A DNA stretch of 64,000 nt from Eledone cirrhosa (GCA_964016885.1 CAXHJY010001499.1:66553-130552), one strand, 5' to 3'. Positions 27,935 through 43,012 are shown, counted from the stretch's first letter. A program made the numbers and translations. The notes: generated from the letters alone by a model not told the origin.

Positions 27935-28041
27935 TATACACATTATGTATTTATATTTATATATATATGTAAATATATATATATGTATATAAATATATAT
28001 ATATACATTATGTATATATATTTATATATATATATATATAT

Positions 28042-28072
<31 letters not shown>

Positions 28073-28159
28073 CATAATTATATATATATATATATACGTT
28101 ATGTATATATATATATATATATATATACATTATGTATATATATATATATATATATACAT

Positions 28160-28200
<41 letters not shown>

Positions 28201-28225
28201 TATGTATATATATATGTATATACAT

Positions 28226-28272
<47 letters not shown>

Positions 28273-28319
28273 TATGTATATATATATATATATATATATA
28301 TAATGTATATATGTAAACA

Positions 28320-30248
28320 AACCACGCACATATAAATATGTGTGTGTGTGTAAGCGTGTATACAAATAAATAAATAATTATATAAACGTATATAAATAAA
28401 TAAATACGTATATAACAAGCACACACACATACCTACATGTAAATACACGAATGTTCGGAGACGTAAGTCAACCAAAATATGAAGTTCACATAACACGCGC
28501 CCTACATACGTACGAACCTGCAAACTCACACAGACGCAAAACTCCCGTATACACATAGCCGAAGCATATGTACCAGAATATATTAAAAAAATTATACGCC
28601 ATAACAATCAAATATACGTACGAGAAGGTATACGTACCTTCACAAAACATACGGATAATATATACTTACCTATGCAAATAAGTAAAGCTATAAACAAAAC
28701 ATATACTTAGCTCCCACATCGAGACGTAAAATATCCACGTATAGATCGTACTATCCGTTAGGGTATAACGTGGGGCTGTAATACAGGATAGTTTTGTGCA
28801 ATTTATGTTTACAAGCCGAAATTGTCTCAGATTTTTTGTTTAAAATGAGGTCTGTGGCGTAGAGAATTTTCAGGGCCTCAGCGGCGCAGAGTTTACATGG
28901 TCTTTTATTTCCGTTATACGATCTAGCCCTAGCTAGGATCTCCCAGTGTAACTAATATTGGGTGTGGTTGTCTTTTAGACTCCAGATATAAGCCGAAAGT
29001 GACGTCATATTCCTTCTTAGAGGGTAACGAAAAGAATGGGTATGCATGTAAAGACGTTGCTTGAATCTGTTGGCAGTTAACCCTATGTAGGCCCTACGGG
29101 ACGTGGGTGTTACAACATTACATTTGTAGACAATGTTACTAGAGAGGCATTTCCCGGATAGGGGGCAAACCACCCGATTCCTACAATTACAGTTAGTACT
29201 AACTACAGGGTTGCATGTATTCCTACGGCTAGGTAGTCTAGCTAAATTTGAAGCATTGATGTTATGTGCAAGGTTAGGAGTCGTAGAGTAAGAAATTTTA
29301 ATAGTATTTCTATTAAAAATGTTACTGTCTTTATGTGTAGGGGGAAAATGCTTCGTAATAAGGGAAAGAAAGATCTTAGCTAATGGTGTGGCCACCTCCA
29401 TATTATATGGTGGGTTATACCAACAAATTCGACGGGATCTATTTCTTCTAGGTCAATTTTCGTACTCTGTATATGCTACCTTATCGACAAATCCACTTCG
29501 AGCAAGAGTTTCATTGTAATAAGTGGAATGGTCGTTGAAAATACGCTCGTTGGTGGAAAGACGGGAAAGCCTCAACGAAACGTTTCTTACCAGATTCTTG
29601 GTTATGCTGGCATGATGGTTGGAATGCTTACTTATGTAATTAAGCGTATCATTCGGCTTTCTATACGGGTAATACAACCCATTCAATAAGTTGAGGGTAA
29701 CGTCGAGGTAATTAACGACCGAGAGATTGGCCTCAACCTGTATAGAGAGGTTGAAGCCTTTAAAGAAGGCTGTGAGTTCTTTTCTGAACCTGTCGCAAGC
29801 ACGAGGTCCGCACTTAGTCATGGTCAAAAGACCATCGTCACGGTACAAACCACCGCCCGCGTTGGGGAATTCGTCCTTGATAGAGAAAAGAAGGAAAAGG
29901 CTGATAAGATCAGTAACCTCCGCAGAATCAGTGGCGCCCATACTCACGTCGAATGGGGTACTATTGGATTTTTTAATCCGAATAGAGTCGTCGAAATTAA
30001 TCACCGACTTTCGGGCATTGAGCATGACATCAACTTCGAAATCCTTAACCACTGTGAGTGTTTTAGCGAAATTGATAGCTCTAAGGAGAAGTGGTAAAGT
30101 GATGGAGGAGTAGTAATTGTTGATGTCGAATTGGATAAAACGTCAATGTTCCTTGTTACATATGCCGTTGAACCAATCAATCACGGCGAAGGAATTATTC
30201 CACAGTGCAAGAGGGGCCAAACTTCTAATTTCAGGTATAATTCTATTT
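28320..30248 (-). mobile_element. 5'-truncated decayed Penelope-like element (RT + CxCx5C linker + C-terminal GIY-YIG; possibly Hydra clade)
   Basis: FDVSMG, YRDDGL, NYLDVTL, YRKP..SNH; KISYS, CNCRNRVVCPLSGKC, IVY..YIG; in-frame stops. Clade label is from memory and needs a tree. Confidence 0.9.
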
Positions 30249-30702
30249 GTTTGCGTGTATGTATTTATTTATTTCTATTACTACTGTATTGTATTTATTT
30301 ACTTTGTTCTTAAATCTGTAGCGGAGATTCATTCGGTCTCCTAGTTAGAATTTAGTCTACGACTTCTGCTATACCATTTACGTGGTTTTGTCTTCGCGTG
30401 CTATTGTTCTCCACGGTCCACATATGACGTATTATCTTGTTTTTTTTTTCGTTCATTGCCAGAGAACGTCTCTATGCACCACCTATGAGAACATTAGTCT
30501 ACGACCTCTTTTATACCATAAACGTGGTTCTGTCTTTGCGCGTATTTGTTTTTCACCGCTCCTATTAATAACGTATTATATTCGTTTTTTCCCGTTCTTA
30601 GCCAGCGAACGTATCCACGAACCAAAGTATCGTCTTTCTGTCTTCCTCCGGTTGCAACGTTTTTTGAAATATCCAGTTCTGCGTTTACAGATTGACTTTG
30701 TT

Positions 30703-30753
30703 AGTTTCAGAAGATCCCGTTAAGGGTGAAAGCAGCGATTCTTTGCTTAAACT
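30703..30753 (+). ncRNA. Hammerhead-like fold with CAGAAGA core (second full copy)
   Basis: Identical to 22850-22900; lies in a + strand tail (30250-30865) head-to-head with the truncated PLE. Confidence 0.7.
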
Positions 30754-30882
30754 TTAATCTGTTATTTTAATAAATATTTACTCTACTGTTCTTATATATT
30801 TGATATATATTTATCCTTATCGACCCCTCTTTGGATTTTAGTCTTCAAATTTATTATTATTTCTATATATTATATATATATA

Positions 30883-30941
<59 letters not shown>

Positions 30942-31170
30942 GTATATATATATATATTATGTATATATATATATATATTATGTATATATATATATATTAT
31001 GTATATATATATATATTATGTATATATATACATATTATGTATATATATATATATTATGCTTATATATATATATTATATATATATATATGTATATATAAAT
31101 ATATATATATATATACATTATGTATATATATACATTATGTATATATATATATATATATACATTATGTATA

Positions 31171-31200
<30 letters not shown>

Positions 31201-31206
<6 letters not shown>

Positions 31207-34200
31207 TTAGTTAAGCAAAACAAGACCACAAATTGCACAAGGAAGACATTATTAAAAGATTGTCAACATATTTTTGTTTGATGTAAGGAATGTAGAGAAT
31301 AAAATAATAATATTAATAATAATAATGTCCGTTTACAATTGTTTCGCTACTCCATATAATATTTCTGGATCAAATGATTATATATCATTATTGACCTGGT
31401 TCAGTTGAAAATAATTAACATATTTAAAGATAGACCGGCTCATCGGAACTTCAAAGGAATATAAATTAAAATAAGGAAAGAATGTTACATAATGTAATGT
31501 TCCATATATTGATATTTCACTATGGTGTCCTGGGTGTATCAATTGTCTGCCATAATCAAGCAGTATTCTTCTGTTGAGGCTGCGTTGTGTGAGATCTGCC
31601 TATGGGTAACAAGTTGGCCGCCAATGGACATATTTACCTTACTAATTAGAAGGTGGTTTCAGGGGAAGTAACTCCTCGACAGATTAGAAATTGTGTATAG
31701 TTTATAGTTAAGTGCTAATTTTTTTTCATTTTTTAATTGAGAGACAATGTAGGGGAGGTAACTTATAATTATCTAACTTAGTTATAGCTATTTAACTTAT
31801 TAGCTACAAGTAAAAATGGGGCTAGATGACTATGTTGGGTCAAATATTCTGTTGGCGAAGGAATTAGCCCTTCGATGTTGACAGCTAATAGTTACCTCCC
31901 TTCTATCGTTAATCGGTAGAAGTCGTGATAGAGTTATGTAATATGCTTTGGTAATACAGAGATCACAAGATATTCTTTATCCATAGAACGGTTGGGCCCT
32001 AGCTAAGATATCCCATGTTAGTGAGTGTTCAATGTTGGTTAATTTAAGGTTAATTTAATGAGCCTAGCTAGAGATGTCAAACATCTATTTCTACGGTCTC
32101 GGAAGGAAAAAGAGTGCGCGTTATAGCGTACTTTAAAAGCGTTAGAGGTTGAACCGATATAGGAGCTGGTATTCGAAGCAGTTTTAACCGTGCACCTACA
32201 GATTATGTTGGGTGTCAGGACGTGTCAATTTAGTGGGCATGCATTAGGGTAACGGCAGTTGCAGTTGCTTCTGCGGTTACTGAGAGTAGGGTAGTTTAAC
32301 CTAAGCGGTTGGTCAGTGTTAGAAGGACTAAATGGGGGAAGTGTGCTACTAGAGTAATTATTGGTGTAGTAGCGTGGTGTATTTGATAGCAGTGGTGATA
32401 CCGCGGTGTGGGAGCTATACTGTCTTAGTTTATGATGGTTACTGAATGCGATGTGGCTAGCTAGGTTAGGTGTTGTGGAGAATGAGATTTTAATGTTATT
32501 TTTATTAAAGAGTTTGTAATATCTATGGTTGGGGTGGGGGGAATGTTTAGATAGGATAGAGAAGAAGCGTTTAGGGATATTAGTGGCTAGATTAGATGAG
32601 AATGGGGGGTTAAGCCAGGTGATATTCTAGGCCTATTCCTGCTAGGGGTTCTAGTGGAGTTGGTAGGGGCCTTCCTATGGTTATTATTACCTGGGCATTT
32701 GTTATTTGTCATCCCATTGCTCATTTCTAGTCTAGGGTTGATTTTTAGTTTGCTACTTGGAGTGGGGAGCAGGCCGCTGTCACCATTAAAGTTCCCTGTA
32801 TAGGTGCTGTAACTGCTAAAATTCCGGCGAATCTGGCTAGATGCTAAGGTATTTCTAGTTCTAGTGTTAAGTTTATTATGGTGAATTGCTGTAAATGGAT
32901 TGTTCATAACCAGATTCAGAAAGAGCCTTATTATAATATGCTGCATGGTTTATAAATATCTCCACATTTGCTGATAGCCTGGAGAACCTATACGAGATAG
33001 ATTTGATTACTGTTCTGATGCCTGCCGGTGGGTGGTTAGAATGTGGGCTAACATATTTAAGTATTTCACCTGGTTTATCGTAAGGGTAATATAGGTTATT
33101 GTTAAGATCCAGGGTGACGTCTAGGAAGTTTACTACTTTATGGTTCGGCTCGATGGTGATAGAGAGACCGTTATTTTTAAAGAATCTATGTAATTGTTTT
33201 TTTAGCAAATCAATGCCCCGATTAGTGCAATTGTGGACTGCAAATAGGGCGTCGTCCCTGTATATTCCGCCTTTCAAGGGTTGAATTTCGGCTCTGACGT
33301 TATGTAATAGGTAAATTCCAACTAAATCGATGATTTGCGCAGAGTCACTTGAGCCCATCGTGATATCAAAGATGTATGTTCTGTCTTTTCTAGTCCAGAG
33401 TGCTACGTTGAATTCAATGATTGTCTGCCTAGCCATAAGTACGATGTCAATCTCATTATTGGTTATGTCCGAGTTGGTGCTGGTTAGGGTTAATGCTTTG
33501 TTGAGCAGTTCCGGGGTTATTGAAGCGTAATAGCTGTCAATGTCAAATTGGATGAACCTCATAGATTGCTTGGACCTTAGATTGGAGAACCATCTAATGA
33601 CTTGGCCGGTGTTGGACCACAACTTGTAGGTGATATCATCCCGTAGCCCAGGGATGATCATATCAACGATCTTCTTACTGATACGACCCAGATCGGATGT
33701 GGTTGGGCTTATAAGTCTAATAGATGGGTTTTCTATAAATTTTAGCTTATGATCTTTGAGAGAGAACCTTGGGGTTGTTGGTACATAAGGGTGGGTAAAT
33801 CTATCCAGATGCAAGTCATTAACCAAGCCTGGGCTTTTCGGTTAAGTACGTTTACACTGGAGGGTATAGTTTTTTTATAGTTTTTATTAAGTTCCTTAAG
33901 AAAGAAAGAGTTGTAAGTTTCAGGAGTCATGGTGTATAGATTTTTAGTTTTGTCACACATAACATGTAAGACGTGGCTATATTTAATTTTGTTTATAGTT
34001 GTTGCTAATTTTGTGAGGAAATTATTCTTGTGTCTAATGCTTTTTTAATTTAATGCTCCTGACGAAGTTGAATAGATCTTTCTCAAAAGAGTCCAGCAGG
34101 ATGTTATGTGGGGAGGGGTTCTTGCAGGTGGTAAATCCATATCTGTTTGCTGTACTTCCGGCGTCAGCAGCACCCGCACGGTAAAAGTGGAAGGCTTTCC

Positions 34201-35150
34201 ATCTTATTCTTCGGATGAAAGAGTTGACACTCTGTATTAGGAGTTTGAGGTATGTCTTCCTGTCTGGGATAGGTATGGATGTAAGTAAGATCCTGAGTTC
34301 CTGCTTGCTCAACATGGTTACTTCTAACAGTTAATAGCTCAACTACGGGAGCTCAAGTATACACAGTTCAAGAGTAACTAATCTTAAAGAGAGAGATGGA
34401 GATAGGAGAGGAGATAGGAGATGAGAGATTGGTGAGTTAGTTAGAAGCCAAAGTCTAAAGGCATGTGCTCAATGTGCAATATGCAGTGGAAAGCAGCTAG
34501 GTGGCTGGGTTCATGCAGAAGTTAGGCGCGCAGAGGTGGAAATATTCATTAGTTAAGCAAAACAAGACCACAAATTTCACAAGGAAGACATTATTAAAAG
34601 ATTGTCAACATATTTTAGTTTGATGTAAGGAATGTAGAGAATAAAGTAATAATATTAATAATAATAATGTCCGTTTACAATTGTTTCGCTACTCTATATA
34701 ATATTTCTGGATCAAATGATTATATATCATTATTGACCTGGTTCAGTTGAAAATAATTAACATATTTAAAGATAGACCGGCTCATCGGAACTTCAAAGGA
34801 ATATAAATTAAAATAAGGAAAGAATGTTACATAATGTAATGTTCCATATATTGATATTTCACTATGGTGTCCTGGGTGTATCAATTGTCTGCCATAATCA
34901 GGCAGTATTCTTCTGTCGAGGCTGCATTGTGTGAGATTTGTCTATGGGTAACAAGATGGCCGCCAATGGACATATTTGCCTTACTAATTAGAGGGTGGTT
35001 TCAGGGGAAGTAACTCCTCGAGAGATTAGAATTTGTGGGTAGTTTATAGTTAAGTGGACTTGTTTTGCTTAACTAATGAATATTTCCAGCTCTGCACGCC
35101 TAACTTCTGCATGAACCCAGCCACCTAGATGCTTACCACTGCATATTGCA
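31201..35150 (-). mobile_element. Near full-length decayed Penelope-like element with ~510-bp direct pseudo-LTRs and a short inverted segment
   Basis: Direct repeats 31201-31714 and 34543-35056; 35055-35150 is the reverse complement of ~34474-34571; ORF pieces from 34315 (IPIP..MR/IRWKA-like, FDIDSYY, YRDD, CNCRYPNACPL, YIGST). Confidence 0.92.
31331..31449 (-). ncRNA. Hammerhead-like fold with CCGATGA core in pLTR (second copy 34673-34791)
   Basis: GTT-CCGATGA-GC..~90 nt..GC-GAAA-CAATTG-TA-AAC; palindromic stem III; stem I only 3 bp. Confidence 0.5.
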
Positions 35151-35459
35151 AAGGTTGTCTGTCGGAAATATGTAGGGACACTGAAATCTCTCCAAGGTAA
35201 TTCTCTCTCGTGTTGTTATTTTATTTTATCCTTTATGCTCTTTCCTTTATTCCTCTACATGTCTTATACACGCCACGCATCTCAACATACACACACTTAT
35301 ATCTCTCTCTCCACCACCGGACCTTGTTACCCGGAGATTTACCCATTTGCATTGTCGACGTTTCCAAAGGACCTAAAAAAATTGATCTTATTATTCCACA
35401 ATGCTTCAAGCAAACTTCAATACTCTCTTTTATATATATATATATATATATACATAATA

Positions 35460-35536
<77 letters not shown>

Positions 35537-35538
35537 AC

Positions 35539-35652
<114 letters not shown>

Positions 35653-35654
35653 AC

Positions 35655-35700
<46 letters not shown>

Positions 35701-35707
35701 ATATATA

Positions 35708-35767
<60 letters not shown>

Positions 35768-35771
35768 AATA

Positions 35772-35824
<53 letters not shown>

Positions 35825-36013
35825 GTATATATATATTTATATATATATATATACATATTATGTATATATATATATATATTATGTATATATATATTTATAT
35901 ATATATATATACATATTATGTATATATATATATATATTATGTATATATATATTTATATATATATATATACATATTATGTATATATATATATATATATTAT
36001 GTATATATATATT

Positions 36014-36048
<35 letters not shown>

Positions 36049-36084
36049 ATATACATATTATGTATATATATATATATATATTAT

Positions 36085-36140
<56 letters not shown>

Positions 36141-36238
36141 TATGTATATATATATATATATATATTATGTTTATATATATTTAGATATATACATATTATG
36201 TATATATATATACATATGTATATATAAATATATATTAT

Positions 36239-36453
<215 letters not shown>

Positions 36454-36560
36454 GTTTATATATATTATATATATATATATATATATATTATGTATATATA
36501 TATATATATATATTATGTTTATATATATATATTATGTATATATATATATATATATATTAT

Positions 36561-36669
<109 letters not shown>

Positions 36670-36720
36670 GTATATATATATATATATATATATATTATGT
36701 ATATATATATATATATATAT

Positions 36721-36751
<31 letters not shown>

Positions 36752-36810
36752 TATGTATATATATATATATTATGTATATATATATATATTATGTATATAT
36801 ATAGAGATAT

Positions 36811-36846
<36 letters not shown>

Positions 36847-36872
36847 GTATGTATATATATATATATTATGTA

Positions 36873-36906
<34 letters not shown>

Positions 36907-37159
36907 GTATGTATCTATATATATATATATATATATATATTGTGTATGTATATATATATATATATTATGTATGTATATATATATTATGTATATATATGCA
37001 AAACAGCCTCCAAAAGTAATGGTTGTATTTTGTGTGATGAAGGCATACCATAATTTAATGTGGTATCCCTGAAATAAATATGGTTTTATAAATATATTTT
37101 CCATTTATTAAAATCGTATATTATGTATATATATATATATATATTATGTATATATAAGA

Positions 37160-37660
37160 TAGTTGGCATGACAGGCTTGACTATTGGGGTCGTTTAGAAA
37201 AGCTCAAACTTTATTATCTTCAAAGTCGCCGTGAGCGCTACATTATCTGTATGATGTGGAAAATATTCCATAAGCTTAGCCCAAATGATGTTGGCATCAC
37301 CTTTAGTGTACACGCAGTGCTATCCGCCCACGACAAAAATCCCACTCGCATCACATAACAACAATACGGCAAAATTATTTCACCTCAATTGGCCCTGCAC
37401 TCTTTAATATTACACCAAAACACATCAAAGCAGAGACAGACCCCATCAAGTTCAAGAAGTCTTTCGATAAATTCCTTCAAGAAATCCCAGATAAGCCTCC
37501 TACACCCGGATATGCCTCCGTAAACAATAACTCTCTTCTCGAGTGGGCCATGGTGCCCAAACACTGATGTGTAAGACTTCGCCAGGTGGGGCTATTAAGT
37601 TAGACATGGCCTGGGCCAATACTGGCCGAAACCTATCAAAGTTATCAAAATAAAGTTATA
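37160..37660 (+). mobile_element. CR1-like LINE 3' end
   Basis: Manual translation LDYWGRLEKLKLY.LQ.RRERY..WKI..GPALFNITP..FKKSFDKFL..IPDKP..NSLLEW*, then short repeated AAAGTT tail. Confidence 0.85.
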
Positions 37661-37696
37661 TATTATGTATATATCTATCTATATATATATATATAT

Positions 37697-37758
<62 letters not shown>

Positions 37759-38305
37759 TATGTATATATATATTTTCATAAATTTTCATAACTGCAATTC
37801 TGTGTTTCTCTCTTTCTCTCTTACTGCTCCCTCGTTCTCTCTGTTTCTCTTACTTTCTTTCGTCCCCTCTGCCATGTCAGTTAACTCTTTCTCTCTACTG
37901 ACCTCTTCCTCGCATTCACACTCACTCAGTCCCTGTTTCTCCCCTTCTTTCTTCCTCCCGTTCACTGGGAAAACGGTTTTCATTCTTTCTAACACCGGAT
38001 TCACTAGCGAAAGGTCTGTTTTCTGACTCGCTCATATAGTCACACAGCTTATGCTGAAAGAATAACTATGTTGCTTGTGTTTATTTCCATCTTCGGTTAG
38101 CTTTCCCCTGTGTTGTTTACTTGTCTCACTCGCTTTACGCGTTTCTATTGTCCTAATAACTTATTTTAGTTATTATCGCTCCAACGTGAGGTATATGATT
38201 TTTAATGCGATGAAATACCCATGATCGTTTGGTAAATCACTGATGAGGGACTCATTTTATAACATGTTATCCATGTGCAACCAGCAGTATTCTTCTCACC
38301 CATAT

Positions 38306-38384
<79 letters not shown>

Positions 38385-38847
38385 ATATACGGTTGGATAA
38401 TACTTGTTTCCTATATGTATTTCTTACACGTAGGAATTCATACTTTATTATTATTGATCTCCCCCTACGGTAGATATACATTTTGGCCGTTTGGACTAAT
38501 GCTACTTCCAGTGGCAGGACATTGACATTTACACCTTGCCTTTTGTCTTTGCCAACGCTACCAGACAGAACTATTTCTCTCATCATCTCCTCTCATTTGG
38601 GAATGGTTTTGTATGGCGTCAGTTTGTGATTTGAACTCTGGAATTTTATATTCTCCGAGTGAGAAGAGCCTTCTGAAGATTGCTCCCTTCTCAATAGAAA
38701 TTCGCTTGGATTTTCCGTTTATTCTGCAGCATGAAACCGCGGTAAAGGCACACATAGTAAGTACAGTGAATTTTTTTTTTATTTATTTTAAAACTTTTTC
38801 TCTATTTGCTGTACCTTTATGATTTTATATATATATATATATTTATA

Positions 38848-41800
38848 CTAGCAGTTTAGCCCGGCGTTGCTCGGGTTTGTTCATTTGCTGTGAAAAGTTA
38901 CATATAGGTAAACGTGGCTTGAAAGCGAATAAGCTTATCAATTAAGTGAATAAAGCAGTTGAACCGCTTATTAAATGTTACGAACCAATTACCATTTTGG
39001 TCAATCAATGATGGGTTAATAATCTTCCAATAGCGAATTTAGCATACCAAAGTTGAAAGATGGTGGCCCTGATGCCGCTGGGTGTCAGATCTGTCCGCCA
39101 TGGGATACCCTACCAGGAAATAGTGTTCCAGACGGCATAGCTCCAACACCTGCACCAACATCTATAACACCCCTTTGTAGACGATATTGCGTGTCATCCC
39201 TTGAGGAGTGTAAGCAAAAAGTCCATTCCTGCTCCTACGCGGGAACAGGCAACATAAAGTTGGCCATGGGAGAACCATGGCTGCCCCAAATAGATGCCCG
39301 CCACCGACAATGTTTGCCCTTGTGACTTGTTAATAGACATGGCAAAACATGGTCTCACAGGGAATTGGGATCGCCGAAATCGAACGGGATATCTGACGCC
39401 GAGGGGAAAAGATTCATCCTTGGAATTAAAACATTCTCCCCTCTACCGCACCCCGTTACAATGGTGGCTTCAATCAAGTGGGGTGTCAGTGACTTGACGA
39501 CCATGCGAGTACCGTTGCACTGCTTTGGTGGACGCAAGTTCCTTATTAGCATAATGGGACAGCCAACCCTAAGCTTAATAATGTGAGGTGGGAGCCCTGG
39601 GGCTCAACGGAATTTAATAACTCAACCGTATAATTAACGATATCGTCGGGGTCTGACGTCCGGTCGATAGATTTCAAAATGTGCTCTTTACCGGGAATCT
39701 TCTCAATCAGCTGCTCATTAATAAAATTAAACATGGTATTTTTCGGAGCAAGGATGGCTCTTTCGTTGAGCCAATTGAGGTTTTTAAAGTTAGATGAGAC
39801 ATCAGGAAAAACAGCTTCCCAAAGGTCAGAAGGGCTGCTCACAATGTTGCACAGGGAGTCGATTGCTATGCCGCTCTTGTCATCCGCAGGGACCTTGCCC
39901 TCACTAAGTGCTAAAATGTTCTGAGCAAACGCTGCAGACATGTTGTCACCATGCAAATGAGCACGGATATTTGTGCTAAGGTACAAACTCTTCACCTGGA
40001 ACCACAACATGGAGGATTTAAGGCAGGCACGCACTTCATCAGCTCTTGTCCCTTTTGGGATGACAGGCAGCGTTTGCCGAAAATCCCCTGATAGCAGAAG
40101 GATTAAGCCACCCATAGGAGCCATAGAATCCCTAATGTCTTTCAGGGTCCCGTCCAATGCCTCAAGGGCACCCTTGTGTGCCATTGTGCACTCACCCCAA
40201 ACAATGAGGCAACATCTGTTGAGAATCAGGGCTTTGTATGAACTCTTGCTGATATTGCATGTTGGTGTCTCAGTTTTTACTAAATCCAAAGGGAGTTTAA
40301 AGGTTGAATGTGCTGTCCTGCCTCCCGACAGGAAAGTAGCAGCCATCCCGGTCGATGCAACGGACAACGCAACTTTTTTCTCCTGACGTATCTTAGCGAG
40401 AATCAAATTCGTTACAAAAGTTTTTCCAGGAGCGTTTTTTATTGGGGGGGGGGTCCGTTTTTTATTGGGGAGATCCGTTTTTGTTTTAGGGGGGGGGGTC
40501 CGTTTTTATGGGGGATCCGTTTTTATGGGGGGGGGGGGGGTATTTGGGATTCGTGTTTTGGGGGAAGGGTGTCCGTATTTTATGGGGGTCCGTTTTTTAT
40601 TGGGGGACCCTTTTTTTATTGGGGAGGGGTCCGTTTTCTATGGGGGGGGGATCCGTTTTTTAAGGGGGGGCGGCGTTTTTATTTTCGGCGAGGGGGCATT
40701 TTTTATTTGGAAACCGTTTTTATTGGGGGGGTATCCGTTTTTAATTGGGGGTTCCGTTTTTTATTGCGGGGGTCCGTTTTTTATTTGGGGGGTCCGTTTT
40801 TATGGGGGGATCCGTTTTTTATGGGAGGGGGGGAATTTGGGATCCGTTTTGGGGGGGAGGGTGTCCGTATTTTATGGGGGGTCCGTTTTTTATTTGGAAA
40901 TTGTTTTTTTATTGGGGGGTCTCCGTTTTTTATGGGGGTCCGTTTTTTATTGGGCGGGGGACGTTTTTTATTTGGAATCCGTTTTTTATTTGGTGGGGGT
41001 TCGTTTGTTATTTGGGGGGATCCCTTTTTTATTGGGGGGATCCGTTTTTTATTTGGGGGGGTAGAAGGGTCCGGTTTTTATGAGGGGATGATCCGTTATT
41101 TAGGGGAGATCCGTTTTTATTTGGGAAGGTGGGGTCCGTTTTTAATTGGGAGGGGGGGATCAAGCAATTCACACTTTTGAAGCAAAATGGCAAAGAGTTC
41201 CCGTAGACCATTATGTGTTTTCAACAAAGCACTCTCCGCTAAAATGGAATCTCATTGAGAATCATCTTTCGAAAGACCTCGCTTAAAGCAGGCTTCCCGA
41301 TACGTATCACATATTTCTCCATCAACAGTTTTGAAGTCCTGAAAACTTTATGGGCCTACAAATTCATGCAGAAGAAGGCGGAGATGAAAGCACTCATGCT
41401 GACTTGGGGGGCACAGTGTAAACCCTTCCAAGACAGCTGGCAAATTTTACACCAGGATGTCTTTCAACAGCCTGACCTGAATTCTTCGCTCCCAAGTGTT
41501 TTTCGGCCATATAAAGTAGGATGTACCAAATTGTTTGCGCAAATGTATCGAACTGGTAAAGTTTGAAGAAACCCGTCAGAGTGGTAGCTTTCGGATCGGC
41601 AGCCAACTTGGCGGCGGTTTGGTCCGTAAAGTAAACGCTTTACCCATTTTCCAAATGTACCGCAAGCTGTACGATGGCGGGGTGCCGTTGGTGTAGGGGT
41701 AAACCAAATAAGCGCCAAAAAGCTTCATTGCTACTGTTGTACCGCCCCGCCAGGTATTCTGTGACCTTGTCCCTGCTATTTTCAGCTTGAAATGCGAACA

Positions 41801-42853
41801 TGGCGGCATCAGAGCCCTTATTTACATATTTGCATATGTATTTTATCGACTTGACGGAGTTGCAAAACTGAACGTTGATGTGGGCGTTGAACATCTTCAA
41901 GAGAAGCTGGCAGTAAGGGACCACCCATCTATTGTCGACTTGACCTCCCTTTACTGTTGTGGTGAAGTCACTGTTCTCGGGCCGTCTCCGCCAGTCTGAA
42001 TCAGTCTGGTTATCCCTTACTGCACGACCTCCCTTTCAGACACGTGTGATGCTCATTAGGACCCAACGCACACGGACCATGTTAGCTTTGACGATGTCAT
42101 GTAATTCCTGGTCACTTGCTGGGTTAAGGATTTCAGCCGAAATGATGCTGTCTATGGCATTTGAATTGATTTTATCAGCTAACAAAATCAAAATGTGAGC
42201 ATGTGGCAGCCCTCGTTTTTGCCATTCGACGGTGAACATGTCACATATTACAGCCCCAAATACCTGACCCTTTTTTATTAAAGCCATGAATTTAGCCAGT
42301 TTCAGTCTGAACACTCTGGCAATGAGGTCATGTCTGTTTGAATAATTTTGCCCAGGAAAAAGTTCACGGGTTAAATTCCAATTCATATGTCTATAGCATT
42401 AATCTGTTATATGAAGTGTTATTTTGCAGGTTGTTATTTGCAATATGCTCCGATTAAAAATGGCCCAGATAAGCCGTATTTCAATACGGAACGCTCAATA
42501 CGGAACGCTCCACTGAAGTGTTGTCATATAGGGAGTGAATAGCGACAGAGAGAGTAAAGCAGTTAAATTATATAGAGAGGGAATATACGGAACGCTCCAT
42601 TTGATCATAAACATTGTTTCTCTCTCTGCACTGTTGTCATATAGGGAGTGAAGAGCGACATAGAGAGTAAAGCAGTTAAATTATAGAGAGGGGAAGGATC
42701 ATGATCGATTTTTGCCCTTATTGTTGATGGATTTGAAATTTGTTTGCTTCATGAGCTTTTGCTGACCAAAAGCAATAATTGTCCCGACGTTGAATAGAAT
42801 CCGTTAGAAATTGTGGACGTGTATACGTTGCAAACCTTAACACACACATCCTC

Positions 42854-42856
<3 letters not shown>
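38848..42856 (-). mobile_element. Decayed, internally deleted Helitron (Rep + Pif1-like helicase fragments)
   Basis: 3' terminus hairpin CCCGAGC-aac-GCCGGG then CTAG (38848-38851); Rep motif VEWQKRGLPHAHIL and HINV.FC.SVKSIKYICKY; helicase GGRTAHS.F, GDFRQTLPV, RAILAPKN, CNGTR; 5' TC at ~42856 beside (TA)n. Confidence 0.93.
40433..41160 (+). repeat. G/T-rich ~20-bp minisatellite (GGGGGGTCCGTTTTTTATT-like) inside the Helitron
   Basis: Dozens of degenerate units with variable homopolymer lengths. Confidence 0.92.
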
Positions 42857-42929
<73 letters not shown>

Positions 42930-43012
42930 ATATATACATATATATATACACACATGTGTGTATTTGTGTCTGTATATATGTATATGTATGTGTATATATG
43001 TATTTATGTGCG

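Noticed and set aside
32225-32227. In-frame TGA in the PLE Cys-rich linker as possible selenocysteine
   Set aside because: It aligns to Gly (CPLSG vs CPLN*), not Cys, and the element has other disabling changes.
38235-38290. CTGATGAGGGA motif near a TA tract
   Set aside because: No GAAA or closing stem I found.
39053-39170. Segment after the Helitron ORF resembling an RTE 5' UTR
   Set aside because: Similarity rests on a short remembered motif and cannot be supported without a search.
40308-41180. Gly/Phe-rich ORFs, or a CRISPR-like array
   Set aside because: Minisatellite translation; units are contiguous and degenerate with no unique spacers.
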